From Squalus acanthias (Eukaryota), in contig CM059437.1 in NCBI GenBank assembly GCA_030390025.1, positions 52,948,001 to 53,012,000 of the forward strand: DNA of 64,000 nt, in the 5' to 3' direction. Position numbers and translations under genes: made by a program. Positions 24,219 to 37,989 of this stretch are shown piece by piece. Positions within the stretch are counted from its first letter, which is position 1; the number at the start of each line of letters is the position of its first letter. The notes beneath the pieces were generated by a model. It had not been told where the DNA came from. It saw only the letters and a program-made list of their open reading frames with translations, and did no database searches.

Positions 24219-26537
24219 TTTCAGAAACTGTACTTCACCGAGCTGAGAAAGTTTGTTCATCCCCATTCGTTTCATTCATGTGACTAATAAGGGTAGACAT
24301 TTATTGCACTTCGGAGGTTTAAGAAAATTAGCCATTGCGTTTGGAAATTCGTCTTTTAAGACTTGTTAATTTTAAATGCTCTTCGATCGAAAGATTTTCG
24401 GTCTTCATTGAAACCTCAATTTTAATTAATCTAGGTTATATGCATCAAATAACGTTAATGAAAAGGCAACAATATGATTATTACAGCCTAAGAATTTGCT
24501 TACTGCGAAGCTATTCTAATACAGCTGTTGAATAAAATTATTGAACCAATCTCAAATGCAATACGGTTTTCCGTGTGTTTTATTTCTGATCCAAAATAAG
24601 TCAAATCTATACTGCAAGTGGTTTCAGGGTTGTTTTTCGGTGTTATTAAAGCTCGCTTAATCAAGCGTGTGCTGAGTTATTTTTAAAGATAGCAGTGTGT
24701 GACTGATGTATCGATGTTGCGGTGCACACACACTGGCGCGCGGTTGAATGCGTTCATCGATATTTCCCAAACCATGGGGGGAGAAATTGATCTTAGGCAA
24801 AAGGGCAACATTGGCGATAGCAAATCGGCAGCCCGTTTTACACTGCAGCATGATTTTCTTTTCTATTTACTTGAAGAAGACCTATTTCACCGCCATATTT
24901 TAACTGAATGCGTTAGCTTTTCAGTTTGCTGCCCCCAGTAAAGCCGTGGATCAGCTGTAGATTTTGGAGCATCCTAAATTTCATTTCATAGAATCATAGA
25001 ATGACACAGCACGGGCGACGACCATTCGGTCCACGGACCCTGTGTCGGCTCTTTGAAATAGCTATCTATTGAGTCCCACTACCCTGCTCTTTCCTCATCG
25101 CCCGGCAAATTTCCTCCTTGAATTATTTATCCAATACCCTTTTGAAAGTTATTTTTGAAGCTGCTTCCAGCACCCTGTCAGGTGGTGCATTCAACCTACT
25201 CAGGGGCAATTTTGGATGGGCAATAAATGCTGGCTTTGCCAGCGACGCCCACATCCCATAAACGAATAAAAAAAATCAAAACAGTCGCCGCATAATGTTG
25301 CCTCAAGTCGCCTCTGGTTCTTTTGGCAATTATGTTGATTCAGTGTACTCTGGTTACCGACCCTTCAGCCACTGGAAACTGTTTACTCTATCAAAACCCT
25401 TCATGATTTTGAACACCTCCGTCAAATCTCCCCTTAACCTTCTCTGCTCAGAGGAGTATATCCCCAATTTTTCTAGTCTATCCACGAAACCGAAATATTT
25501 CAATTCTGGTACGATTTTGGTAAATCTCCTCTGCAACCTCTATAAGGCCTTGACATCTTTCCTAAAGTGTGGTGCCCAGAATTGGACACAATACTGCAAC
25601 TGGGGCCTAACTATTGTTTTATAAAGATTGAGCATAAATTCCTAGCTTTTCAACTCTCTGCCTCGATTTGTAAAGCCAAGGATCCGTATGCCTTTTTAAC
25701 AGGCTTCTCAACTTGTCCTGCCACCTTCAAAGACTTATATACGTACAGCCCCAGGTCTCTCTTTTCCTCCTACCCCTTTGAAACGATACCATTTAGTTAA
25801 TATTGCCTCCTGAAGTTTGTTAATATTCTCCTCACAGTTTACTACATTTCCGAGTTTCGTGTCAGCTGTAAACCGCCGTTCACCACTACTCTCTGCTTTC
25901 TGTCCCTCAGCCAATTTGGTATCCACGCAGCAGCTCCTCAATTAATCCCACTGTGGTCAGCCCCCACCACAAAATATGTATGCTTCAGCTATCACGTAAA
26001 GACGGAGGTAGTAGAGAAATTGTATAGGATAAAAAATTGATAAAGCGGACTGTACTTTAAAAGTTGGCAACGTTTAAAGCAGAAACGTCATCCCGTCCGG
26101 ATGGGATGCATCCTGATTTGCTGAGGGAAGTAAGTCGGGAAACTCCGGAAGCTCTGGTCACAATCCTTCAATCCTCCTTAGATATAGGAGCGGCGCCAGA
26201 GGATTGGAGCATTGCAAATATTACATGCCTATTCAAAAAAGATGAGGGATAAACCCGGCAACTACAGATCAGTCAGCCTAACGTCTGTGGTGCGGAAACA
26301 TTTTGAGACCATAATCCTTGACAAAATGAATTGGCATTTGGAAAAAATATGGATTAATAAATGAGAGACGTTACAGATTTGCTAAAGGCAAATCGTGCTT
26401 CACTAATTTGATTCAGCTTGTTGATGAAGTAACGGAAAGGTTAATGAGGGCAGTGTGGTTGATGTTGTGTATATTGACTTTCAAAAGGCGATTTATACAG
26501 TTCTATACAATCGATTTCTTGCAAAATTGTAGCAATT

Positions 26538-29500
26538 GGCCGGAATTTTGCCTACCTCGGCGTGCCCGGCGCGGGAGGTGCCCGTGGCGAATCCATCCTG
26601 CTGTTGGAAATGAACTTACCTTAACGAGGCCTATTAAGCAAGCCCTGCGCGTTACCCGACCCAAAGAGATGGAGCGGGTCTGGTGACGTCATTCATGATG
26701 CGTTTACAGGCGGGATATTTAAAGAGACAATGGCCACATTACATTTGAAGTTTAATCTAACATAGTGCTCTCAGTGCACGACAGCATTGGAGTGCTGCAA
26801 ACACTGATAATGACTGCGCAGAGGCAGAGGACTGCACCCAGGTTCTCCAATGTCTCCCTCCATATGCAAATGGGGGGAGTAAGATTAAACAGGGATGGCC
26901 TCTTTCCTTCGGAATGGCAGAAGAGACCTCCCCATGAGACCAAGACAGCCTGGTTGCAGATTGCAGAGGTGGTCACAACCAGGGAGTTCGTCAGGAAGAC
27001 TTGGCTGCAGTTCTGCAAATGTTTCAATGATCTCATTAGATCAGGAAACGTTCGTACAAAACCACACTCAACTGCATCCTGCTGTGCCTCTTATCACATC
27101 CCATCACTCTGCCTTCCCTACCTTACTCCTGCACATCCTTACTCACTGCTAGAGATCTCGGGTCTAATGAGAGGGGGGAATTGAATGAAATCAGTATTTG
27201 TAGGGCAATAGTGTTAGGGAAATTGACGGGATTGAAGGCTGATAAATCCCCAGGGCCTGATAATCTACATCCTAGGGTACTTAAGGAAGTGGTCCTAGAA
27301 ATAGTAGATGCATTGCTGGTCATCTTCCAAAATTCTATATACTCTGGAACAGTTCCCATGGACTGGAGGGTAACTAATGTAACCCCACTATTTAAAAAAG
27401 GTGGTAGAGAGAAAACGGGGAATTATATCGGTAGTGGGGAAAAAGCTAGAGTCCATTATAAAAGATATAATAGCAAAACACTTGGAAAAGAGTGACAGGA
27501 TCGGACAAAGTCAACATGGATTTACAAAAGGTAAATCATGCTTGACTAATCTACTGGAATGTTTTGAGCATGTAACTGGTAGAATAGATAAGGGAGAACC
27601 AGTGGATGTGGTGTATTTGGACTTTCAGTAAGCTTTTGATAAGGTCCCGCATAAGAGATCGGTGTGCAAAATTAAAGCACATGGGATTGGGGGTAAGGTA
27701 CTGACTTGGACAGAGAACTGGTTGGCAGACAGGAAGCAAAGAGTTGGAATAAACAGGTCATTTTCCGAGTGGCAGGCAGTGACTAGTGGGGTACCGCAGG
27801 GATCGGTGCTAGGACCCCAGCTATTCACAATATATATTAATGATCTTATCGAGGGAACTAGATGTAATATCTCCAAGTTTGCAGACGACACAAAGCTGGG
27901 TGGGCGTGTGTGCTGTGAGGAGGATGCAGATAAACTCCAGTATGATTTGGACAGGTTGGGTGATTGGGCAGATGCATGGCAGATGCATTATAACGTGGAT
28001 AAATGCGAGGTTATCCACTTTGGTGGCAAAAACAGGAAGACTGATTATTATCTGAACGGCAATAGATTGGGAAAAGGGGAAGTGCAACGAGACCTGGGTG
28101 TCCTTGTGCACCAGTCGCTGAAGGTAAGTATGCAGGTGCAGCAGGTGGTTAAGAAGGCAAATGGTATGTTGGCCTTCAGAGCGAGAGGATTCGAGTACAG
28201 GAGCAAGGATGTCTTGCTGCAGTTGTACAGGGCCTTGGTGAGACCACACCTTGAGTATTGTGTTCAGCTTTGGTCGCCTTATCTGAGAAAGGATGTTCTT
28301 GCCATGGAGGGAGTGCAGCGAAGATTCACCAGACTGATTTCTGGGATGGCAGGAATGACGTATGAAGAGAGATTGGGTCGATTAGGCTTATATTCGCTAG
28401 AGTTTAGAAGAATGAGAGCGGATCTCATTGAAACTTATAAAATTCTAACAGGACTAGACAGACTAGATGCAGGAAGGATGTTCCCGATGGCGGGGGAGTA
28501 CAGAACGAGGGGACACAGTCTAAGGATAAGGGGTAAGCCATTTAGGACTGAGATGAGGAGGAATTTCGTCACCCAGAGAGTGGTGAACCTGTGGAATTCT
28601 CAGCAACAGAAGGCAGTTGAGGCCAATTCATTAAATATATTCAAGATGGAGTTAGATATATTTCTTAAGGCTAAAGGGACCAAGGGATATGGGGAGAAAG
28701 CAGAGACAGGGTAATGAATTTGGATGAGCAGCCATGATCGCATTGAATGGCGGAGCAGGCTCGAGGGGCCGAATGGCCGACTCCTGCTCCTATCTTCTAT
28801 GTCTATGTTTCTATACCTTGCACCTCCACCCATCTCTCTCGCTCTATCTACGTTATCACATCTCCATCTCGCTAACCACTTCTCACACTCACCCTCAGCC
28901 CAGTGCAATCATATCAAGTAAGGACACACAAGGGTATCCACTTGGGTACTTTATCCAATGTTTATGTAAAGTTTCTGTTAATGTGGTGTCAAACATAAAA
29001 ATCTTTATTTTCAACACTCGGTCTTGGACACATTTGTGTGCACCTTTGGAAATGGTTTAATGAGTTGCAGTGAAAAGAATGGCTTGGTCATTGTAGGGAT
29101 GCTTTATGCTGTTGCTGTGGGGTGGCGCCAACCTGGCGCATCATGTGGCAGCCATATGGGTGTACAGCGTAAATTTAACTAAGTCTTCCCACGATGAAGC
29201 CATCCCTTGCCTCCTGGGCAGCAATGTGCTTAGGTACTGATGTCCTCTGTCCTGTGCAGCGCCTGGTGATTGTAAAGAAGTTTGGTGTTGTTGTTGGTGC
29301 TGCTGGTGTGCTGGTACTGCTGGTGTTGGTGTTCATCGTGGTCCGATTCTGAGGACCAAGGTGAGACAGTATAAACAGCACCCATGCTGCTGAAATGGAT
29401 GGCAGGTGAAGCACAGATGAGAGAAGCATTCTGTCAATGGTGAGAGAGTTCTAATGAGGTGACACTGGCTGGAGACCTTGCTGGAAACACTTGCAGCCTG

Positions 29501-29885
29501 AAGAATCTATGCTGGAAACGGCCTGAGGAAAGTGATCATCTGTCAGGAGTATTCTTTTACTGTACAGTTGATGCTGCCAAGTAATCAGCTGGAGCAAAGG
29601 CCACGGAACTCCTGCCTCAGGTTGACAGACGTGGTTCCCGAGCAGCTTGAATCTCGTGGCCACGCAAGGAAATGTAAAAAGTAAGTGAAAAAAGGCTCTT
29701 AAGTGCCTGTAAACTACCTGGTAATTATTTCAATTGGGTCAGATCGGCACCGCGATGACAGACGGACCCGCGGAAAGGCGCGTGGGAACGAGATGACAAT
29801 GGGTTCCCGACCCGCTGTCAACAAATGACTTTCCCACCCGACCTGCCACAGATGGCGCTCGCTACCACCCCGGAAAATTCTGTCC
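26538..29885 (+). mobile_element. Internally deleted Harbinger-type transposon (Myb/SANT on +, transposase remnant on -), CR1-interrupted; uninterrupted homolog about 47391-49065
   Basis: Ends GGCCGGAATTTT / AAAATTCTGTCC. + strand: RTAPRFSN..LFP..TKTAWLQIAEVV...TWLQFCKCFNDL (Myb-like W spacing). - strand: AAQEARDGFIVGRLS*, like a Harbinger transposase C-terminus. Confidence 0.7.
27147..28812 (+). mobile_element. Young 5'-truncated CR1 LINE, specific to unit 2, containing a 350-codon RT ORF (27662-28714)
   Basis: SPGPD, GVPQGSVLGP and FADD motifs and a ctatgt tail. Same subfamily as 6362-7423. The empty site is near 47970-47990 in unit 3. Confidence 0.92.
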
Positions 29886-29889
29886 AATG

Positions 29890-30522
29890 GCTTTGGTCTT
29901 CCCAATATTTAATTGGAGGAAATTGTGGCTTATTCAGGACTGGATTCAAACTACGCAATCTGACAATGCAGAGCCCCGGAAGGGGTCAAGAGAAGTGCTG
30001 GAGCTGTAGAGCTGGGTGTCACTAGCGTAAATGTGGAACCTGAACACGTCTTCAGAAAATGGCACCAAGGGGGAGCATGCAGATGATGAAGTGATGGGGC
30101 CCAAAAACAGATCCTTGCAGGAATCCAGCAGTACCAGTGTGTGTGGGAAGAGAATCCATTGCTGGAGATGTTCTGGCTATGATTGGGTAGGTAACAGTGG
30201 AGACAAGGAAAGCGTGGGCATTGGAAGAGGGTGGTATGATCAACCAAGTCAAAGGCTGCGGAGAGGTCGAGAAGCACGAGGAGGAATTCTGAACCACGGT
30301 CACAGTCATAGTCACAGAGTATGTCATTTGATACTTTGATTAGGGCTTTTAGAGTGTTGTGGCAGTGGTGCAAATCTAATTGCAGAGTTTCAAGCACGGA
30401 GTTGCGGAATAGATGTAAATGGTTTTGGGAGGCAATGTCAAGCTCAATGACTTTGTAGTGGAACGGGAGGTTGGAGATGGTGTGGTAATTTACAAAGACA
30501 GAGGGGACAAGTGTGTTTTTGA
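29890..30522 (-). mobile_element. Minus-strand L2-type RT fragment; longer homolog about 49070-49990
   Basis: ALIKVSNDIL..LLVLLDLSAAFDLVDH and GFLQGSVFGP motifs. Confidence 0.8.
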
Positions 30523-31372
30523 TCTTATTGAATGCGGAACAGACTCGAAGGGCTGAATGGCCTACTCATGCTCCTATTTCTTATGTTCTTAATAAAGAAA
30601 TGTGAGTAGCAATACAAACTTCCCCATCCTACACTCTCACCAACCTTCCCGACCAGCACGCCTGCTGGGGGCTATTCCTGGCAATCGCATATCCACCCTC
30701 CCAGCGCTGCCCCCATTGAATCTGACAATTAATCAGCCAGCACCGCCCCTTTCGGGTCTCCCTCCAGAATGTCCATTCACTTATGACCAAGGTCCTTGCC
30801 ATCCGTGAGTTTATTCTGGATGATTGTATCGACATTATGGCTGTGATGGAAACTTGGCTGACAGGTGAGAACACCTTCCCGCATAATGAAGGCTCCCACC
30901 TGGCTATTCCTTTCAACACATGCCGTGTCCAGACATCGTGGTAGCAGTGTGGCTCTTATCACCAAATCACTCATTGGTCTGTCCCCCTACTCTTCTGGCA
31001 CCTTCTCTTCCAATGAACATCTCACCTTCTCCACTCCTCTAGGATTGCCTTTAAAATTATTGTTCTCTACCACTCAACCAAGTACCGTGCCAAGTATCTC
31101 ATCGAGATATCTTCACTCCTTTCCTCTCTCATCCTCTGCACTAATTGACTTCTCATCTTCGTTGATATCAACCTCCATCTCAATACATCATACCCTCTCT
31201 GCTCTGAACTCACGACACTCCTATCATCCCTTAATCTCTCCCTCCATATAAACTATCCTACCCATATTCACGGCCACCCCCTCAGCCTTGCCATCTCACG
31301 TGGCCTATCTACTCCCATTTTGTAAATCACAGACCATGCAATCTCGGATCAGTTCCTTGTATCCCTCTGCAC

Positions 31373-31584
31373 TCATTTGTGACTTTGATTAGGGCTTTTA
31401 GAGTGTTGTGACAGTGGTGCAAATCTAATTGCAGAGTTTCAAGTACGGAGTTGCGGAATAGATGTGCATGGTTTTGGGAGGCAATGTCAAGATCAATGAC
31501 TTTGTAGTGGAACGGGAGGTTGGAGATGGTGTGGTAATTTACAAAGACAGAGGGGACAAGTGTGTTTTTGATCTCATTGAATGC
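31373..31584 (+). repeat. 212-bp local copy of 30324-30535 inserted into the L2 element
   Basis: Direct repeat with about 8 mismatches, absent at the matching unit-1 site (about 5463). Confidence 0.9.
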
Positions 31585-34500
31585 CCTCCCCCTCCTAATC
31601 CCCATTTATTCTGTGTCTTCCCCTGAAAGGAACTCTTCCTCAATTTACTTACAACGGCACGTTAGCATTCCTAACTGTCTAGCTATTGGTCCTCATTCAC
31701 CATGACATTCCTGCAGCTACCGATATGCTCAAACCTGCTTTCCGCTGCCAAAACTGTTCGCTATTCCAGGATCATCTGGAATAAAAAAGAAAAACCTCGG
31801 CTTCCCTTCTCCACTACAAGCCATCTCCAAAAACTCGCTCCCCTGCCTCCTTCACTCTCACCTCCAACAAGTGAGAGGAGGTCATGGACGTATTTGGCTC
31901 TAAGATTGAGACCATTCATTTAGCTTCTCTTCTGCTTCACTACCTTCCCCTAGCCAACAAAGGGAAACTTCCCCTGAGGTTCTCCGCTACCAAACCCATG
32001 AACTCCCATCTTTCTCTACTTTCCCCCCTCTCTCAACTCATGCCCTCTCTAAACTCATCTTGTCCAGGAGACCCACCTCCTGCTCCCTCGACTCAATTCC
32101 CACTGACCAGTCAACTTTCCTTCGTGATGCCTGTGTTAACTGATATTGTTAACGATTCCCTCTCTTCATGTACTGAGTCCCTCCCCTTTAAATCTGCCGT
32201 CATCAACCCCCGCCTCTAAAACCCTAACCATGACCTCTCTGTCCTTGCAAACTGACGGCCCATCTCCAATCTGCCTTTCCTCTTCAAAGTCTTTGAACAA
32301 GTTTTTCCCTCCCAAATCCGTGCCCATTCGTGTAATGCCATGTTTGAACCTCGATTCAGGTTTCTCTCCCTGCCACAGTAATGAAACGGCCCTCACAAAA
32401 GACACAAATGACATTCTATGTGACTGTGACAGTTAGAAATTATTCCTCCTCATCTTTCTCGACACGTCTGCAGCCTGTAACATGGCTGACCACGCCATCC
32501 TCCTCCAACGTTTCTACGGCGTCCAGCTTGATAGGATTCCATCCTTGCGTCAGCTTATCTGTTGCTGAAACCCTCATCCATGCCTTTGTAACCTCAAGAC
32601 TTTACTATTCTAATGCTCTCATGGCCTGCCTCCCAACTTCGACCCTCCATGAACTTGAATTCATCGAAAACTCTGCTGCCCTCATCCTAACTCGCACGAC
32701 GTTATGTTCACTCGTCAGCCCTGTACTTCCTGAACTACATTGGTTCCTGGTCCGGTAATGCGTTGGTTTTAAAATTCTCATCATATTTTCAAATCCCTCC
32801 ACGGCCTCGCCCCTCCCTATCTCTATAACCCGCCCCCCCCCCCCCCCCACCCCCCAGCCCTAAGAAGAACAACACTCTGAAATCTCTGCGCTGCTCCAAT
32901 TCTGGCCTCTTGCGCATTCCCTCTTTTAATCGCTCCATCGTTGGCGGCAGTGCCTTCAGCTGCCTGGGCCCTAGGCTCTGGAAGTCCCTCCTAAGCCTCC
33001 CCGCCTCTCTACCTCGCTCTCTTCCATTAAGACGCTCCTAAAAACCAAGCTCCTTGCCTGTCCTAACATCTTCTCTTGTAGCTCGGAGTCAAATTTTGTT
33101 TTATAACACTCCTGTGAAGCGCCTTTGGACGTTTTACTACGTTAAAGGCGCTATATTAATGCAAGTTGTTGTTTTGTTCTTGGACAATGAAAGATCATGG
33201 GATCCTAATTGAGAATAAATTCAATCTATCGCAGCAATCCTCGGTGGCAGTGAGTAAAGTAAATCTGACGTTGGTGTGCATTAAGCGGTCAATATTGAGC
33301 TGAAATAGTAAGGTAATCCTGCCACTTTATAAATCGTTGGTGCAACAGCGCTTAGAACACTGTGTACAGTTCGGCTCACCACTGTACAAAAACGGTATTG
33401 CAGCTATTGAAAGGATACAGGTGAGAGCAACCATTATGATTGACGTGATGGAGAAATGGATTATGAGGAGCAGTTATGTAAATTGTGCATGTTCTCACTG
33501 AAATTGACAAGATCGAGAGGCGATAGGATTGCTGTTTTTAGGATTCTAAACGGACTAGATATTTCAGCTTGTCCAGAGCAGTAGAACCACAGGTCACAGC
33601 CTCCGCTTGAAGATGGTTACATTAAAAACTAACCTGTCAAAACAATATTTCCATGAATGAGTGTTCAATTTAACAACAGGCTCCGTGGGGAGTTGATGGA
33701 AGCAGTTAGCACTGATTCATTCTAATTTAAATTAGATAGATTTGTTTCCAAAATTAATATTTTGCGATACAGTATATGAGCAAATACAGACATGGCAGGT
33801 AAGTGTAGAATCCTTGGGAGGAACAGGTGACTTTTGACCTATAGATTGCAAAGATCTCCTACACTGGGTTTCCTCGCATCTTGTCCGTATCTGTTGTAGA
33901 CTAATTGATAGAGATCGATTGCACTGATTAGTCAACAACTCCGTTATCGTTGACCATGCGACTATCAGGATCGTAGAAGGTGAACTAGATGGTCTTCGGA
34001 TTTTTTTCGTCCAGCAACTCCTCTGATCGTAAAGGTAAACTCATCAATAAACTATCATTAGAGCAGCTAATGGGAAAATATTCAAAAAAGAAATTTAAAA
34101 AAGGAATGACCAGCAAGAAAAACAAATTTCAAAACGGAAAGCAGTGGAAAGCGATGATAACCAGTTGTCGTTATCTGACGGCAAAAGTAAAAAAAATAGA
34201 TTAATGATGGAAACGTTGGGCACAAGAACACAAACGTAGAGCTGAAGGAAGAGAGTGAAAAATTAACAACTGATATGAGCTATAAAACGCAAGCCCTAGG
34301 GGGAAAACAAAGAAGTTGACGATTGACACGGGAAAAGAGAAAGATCGACAGATTTAAAAAAACCCAGAGAACAAATTAGAAATACGATTTTTCCAAGGTA
34401 CGATCGTAATTTTGGAAAAGAAATCCAACAGGAAGCAGATGGTCCTAAGAAAATTAAAGAATCCGAGCTCGGAGAGTTCAAAGAATGACGTTGTGTCATC

Positions 34501-37500
34501 TTATGTTTATCTTGTTTCGAGCCTTTTGTGTTCAGTAACTGTATACTCCGTGACCTTCTCAATATGATGAAGTAGATGGAGCAGAGGATTAACAACTATT
34601 TGCGGAGGTTGAAATAATCAGCAAGTTGTCCGCGTTAGTAATAGTGAGCGAGGAAAGCTAGTAGTATGGTAGCGGACTGAGGATAGGTAGAGTCATTTTA
34701 GCGTTAACAGGCTCAGTTCCCGCAAAAAAGCGGTAAAACTAAGAAATCTTGTGGGACAAAAGCGAAAAATAAATTAGGTGGTGGCTGGACGCCAAGGTGG
34801 ACAAGTGATAAGCGTCAGGGATGAGTGAAGGTTTCGATATGAGGAATGTCTTAAGAGAAAAGATAGTACAGATGTCCTAGACCAGCCTTAATGGTCAAGC
34901 CTGTGCAATGTAGAGAGAGCAATAACCAGACAAAACTACAATTCGCATGCACGGTGAGGGGGAGATGGTGTGTGTGTCCTGGGGGTATTCGTGTCCAACC
35001 CGAATTACAACTAAGGTATATACGACTTAATCTCAACTACTGCAGGCGTGCTAACGCACTAACCCTAAACTAATCCGACCAAGTGAACAGTATAAAGGTA
35101 AGATACACCGGCACACCTCAGAAACTGAAGCTACTCTTGCAAAGTAAGCAGTCAGGAGAGTCAATTTTCGGATTCCCGCAATCTCATAAGTACTGCGTAT
35201 GTTGGATTTGAATCATTTGATAAATGAAGGGTAGTTAATAAGACTTTCTGTCTCTTGATTCCACGAGCCTACAATAAAATTAAAGGGAATAGGATCGCCC
35301 TGGCGTGCTGACGATCGCGGCAGAACTCTAAGATAAGTGAGCGTGTGAACGTATTGTTTGGGACTGGCCATCTATTACTCGGCACAATCTACCTATCTCC
35401 AGATTCGGGTTTTAGAATTGAGATACTGGGAGAATACGCAGATCGGTATTTGGCATGACATGGCGACAGAACCCTGAAGATAGGAGATCTGGTGGGGAAC
35501 GCTGAACCCATGTACAAATTAGCCCAGATTCTCGAAAAGGATTTCTTGGGTACCCCAAGAATGACAGGACTGAAGTTGGCCTAATATAAGAATTGTTTGC
35601 CGTTGATAAAGATCTGTTTGACGGCTAGAACAGTATAATGGTTACGTTACTGGACTAGCAATTCAGAGCATGTATGTTTCAATCCCACCAGGGCAGTTTG
35701 AGAATTTAAACCCTGTTTTTAAAAAGTTGTTACCAGTAAAAGTGACCACGAATCTGTCGATTGTCGTAAAATCCATAGGAAGGAAACCTACCTTCTTTAC
35801 CCAGTCTGATCTAATTGAGATTCCAGTCCCACTGGTTGTCTCCTTTCTTACTGGGCTTGAAAGGTATCAGTAATGTTATTGACAATAAAACACGACAGTT
35901 TCCCAGATGAAAAAGTCAAACAACGTTACAACTGAGAAGCAAGGATGATCAAATTGTTCTTCTGAGCGATTAACTGGGTTAATTGTTTGTCGATGACTTT
36001 TTTAAACGCTGCTTGTCGTCTCCTGGTAATCACTGTCTGTTTTTTTAAAATCTTTTTTGCCCTTTATCTATAACTGAGCAGAATAATTTGTTGTTTTGCG
36101 TTCAGTTCCCAAGACCCAGCAGACAGTTGTCTAAATTTTAGCTTGTTAATCTCTCATTGTTAGAGAATGAGTCAGTGTCCTTGGCTACAGACAGTCCTTC
36201 TCAAGGCAGCTTGGTGCCAGAACAAGATCCAATATATTCTCTGATTTGGGTCAAGTTCCCAAAGTCTATTGCTCGTTTGATATTCTGACACAATTCCTCG
36301 CTACGCTATTGATCCCAAATTAGTTTACCTGTAATTTTGTTTTGATTGTATTGGCTGCACATCCTTCAATTCCTGTTCATAAGTTTACTCAAATTATGGG
36401 GGGCCAAATCGATTCTCTGTAACGAAGATTCACCCTGCTATCTGGGGTATTAAGTCCACTCTTTTATCCATCTCAATGTTCCCGGGTGAGCAACGCCCTG
36501 ACTGTTCTCACTCCATAGGCCTTAATTAGACTTCCTTAAGAGCAGGCACAAAAAAGTCCGTCTCATAAAGTCCTTAATTCTTCGATTCCTCCTCAGTGAA
36601 TGTGAGATATAGAACACTGACGTAAAACATTGAACCTCACAACTTTGAACCGGAATAGTGTTCATCACAGACAAGCAAGGTAATGAGAGATTAGACCTTG
36701 TCTTTGCAAGAAGCTCAAGTCACCGTGACATTTGCGCAAAGGTGTTCAAATACTAGAAGAGAGAATAAAAAATATTGCAATCCTTATGCGCTATATAATA
36801 AGAAAGAGCAGGAACATGATTCGCACCCAAGGATGCTATCCCGCATTCCAAAACGACCTCCCCCTTTTATGCTTCTCAAGGATAGATATTCCCTTTTCCA
36901 AGTCGGCATTAGTTGTTGCATATGTACCAAATGTTCTTGTGAAACTCTGCTCCTCTCTATTATAGTTCATAGGCTCAGAGACAAAGGAGAAATGGGGTGC
37001 TCAAATCTCACAATTGTCTTTAAAGTCTCACCTTGCAGGGATATGTGTACTTGGATTATTTGGGAATTCTTTCTCTGGGTTAAAAACACAGGCTGATAAT
37101 GCACACTGTGGTACGTTGCTTCTGAAAATTTAACTATAGTATATGAATTAAATCTAAAGTGAGTGATTATTTTGCATAAAATAATTTCCCTTACTATTTC
37201 TCAATCTCAGTCTCTAACAGCCAGCCCGCCCCCCTCATCTTGTTAGCATCACATCTCTATCAGTAGTCATTTGCTCATCCAGTCTAAGTACAATCTGATT
37301 AATATTACACCTCCTACTACTGCCAAATAAAATCATAATACATTATACAGAAAGCTGCAGCGAAAACTAAGCTCCCCCCATATACAATCATATTATCAAT
37401 AAGTCGTCCCCTAAACTTAAAAGATGCCCCCAGTACTCCATTTATCATTTCCATCTGATAATTAATTCTGAATAAGTACTCGTTCTCCCTGGCCCGCATT

Positions 37501-37989
37501 TATACCAATTTCTGTGTTAACTCAAGGGAACCTAACCCTAAATTTTAGAATTCCAAGTTATAGGTCCTTCTCTACTGATAACTATTAATGTGTTTAACTC
37601 TGTTTTGATATTTGCAGTAATTTGTTCTGAAGAATTCTGGACCTTTCAATATGAATTTTCACTAGTTGAATGAGCAGAATATGGTTCAACAAAGCATGGA
37701 ACACGAACAGATAGATTTGACTTTCCAAGACGGCATTCTGGGAAGCTTGACGAAGTTCAAAAGATTCTGCTTCAGACTTTTTAGAAGGCTAACTGCGACG
37801 ACACTTTCAAAGATATTATGTTTGCGGTGAAAGATAAGACAGCTGCCTAGCGAAGCCTTGAACGTCTGTGGGAATGGTATAATAGCAGCCATTCTAAAGT
37901 GAAAGGACGAGACGGACCAGAGACAGACAAAACCAAGCTACAAAAGATGTCAACTAAAAATTAGCCCCTTAGTTTCCCGAAGCTGAATA

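Noticed and set aside
27662-28714. 350-aa reverse transcriptase ORF as a host gene, retron or diversity-generating RT acting on the Ig genes
   Set aside because: It is the 3' part of an ordinary 5'-truncated CR1 with an upstream frameshift and stop, present in one unit only.
32828-32856. Poly-C tracts (also 53496-53518) and the (GAAT/GAAC)n run at 22330-22360
   Set aside because: Simple low-complexity sequence. The poly-C tracts vary in length between units and nothing points to a function for any of them.
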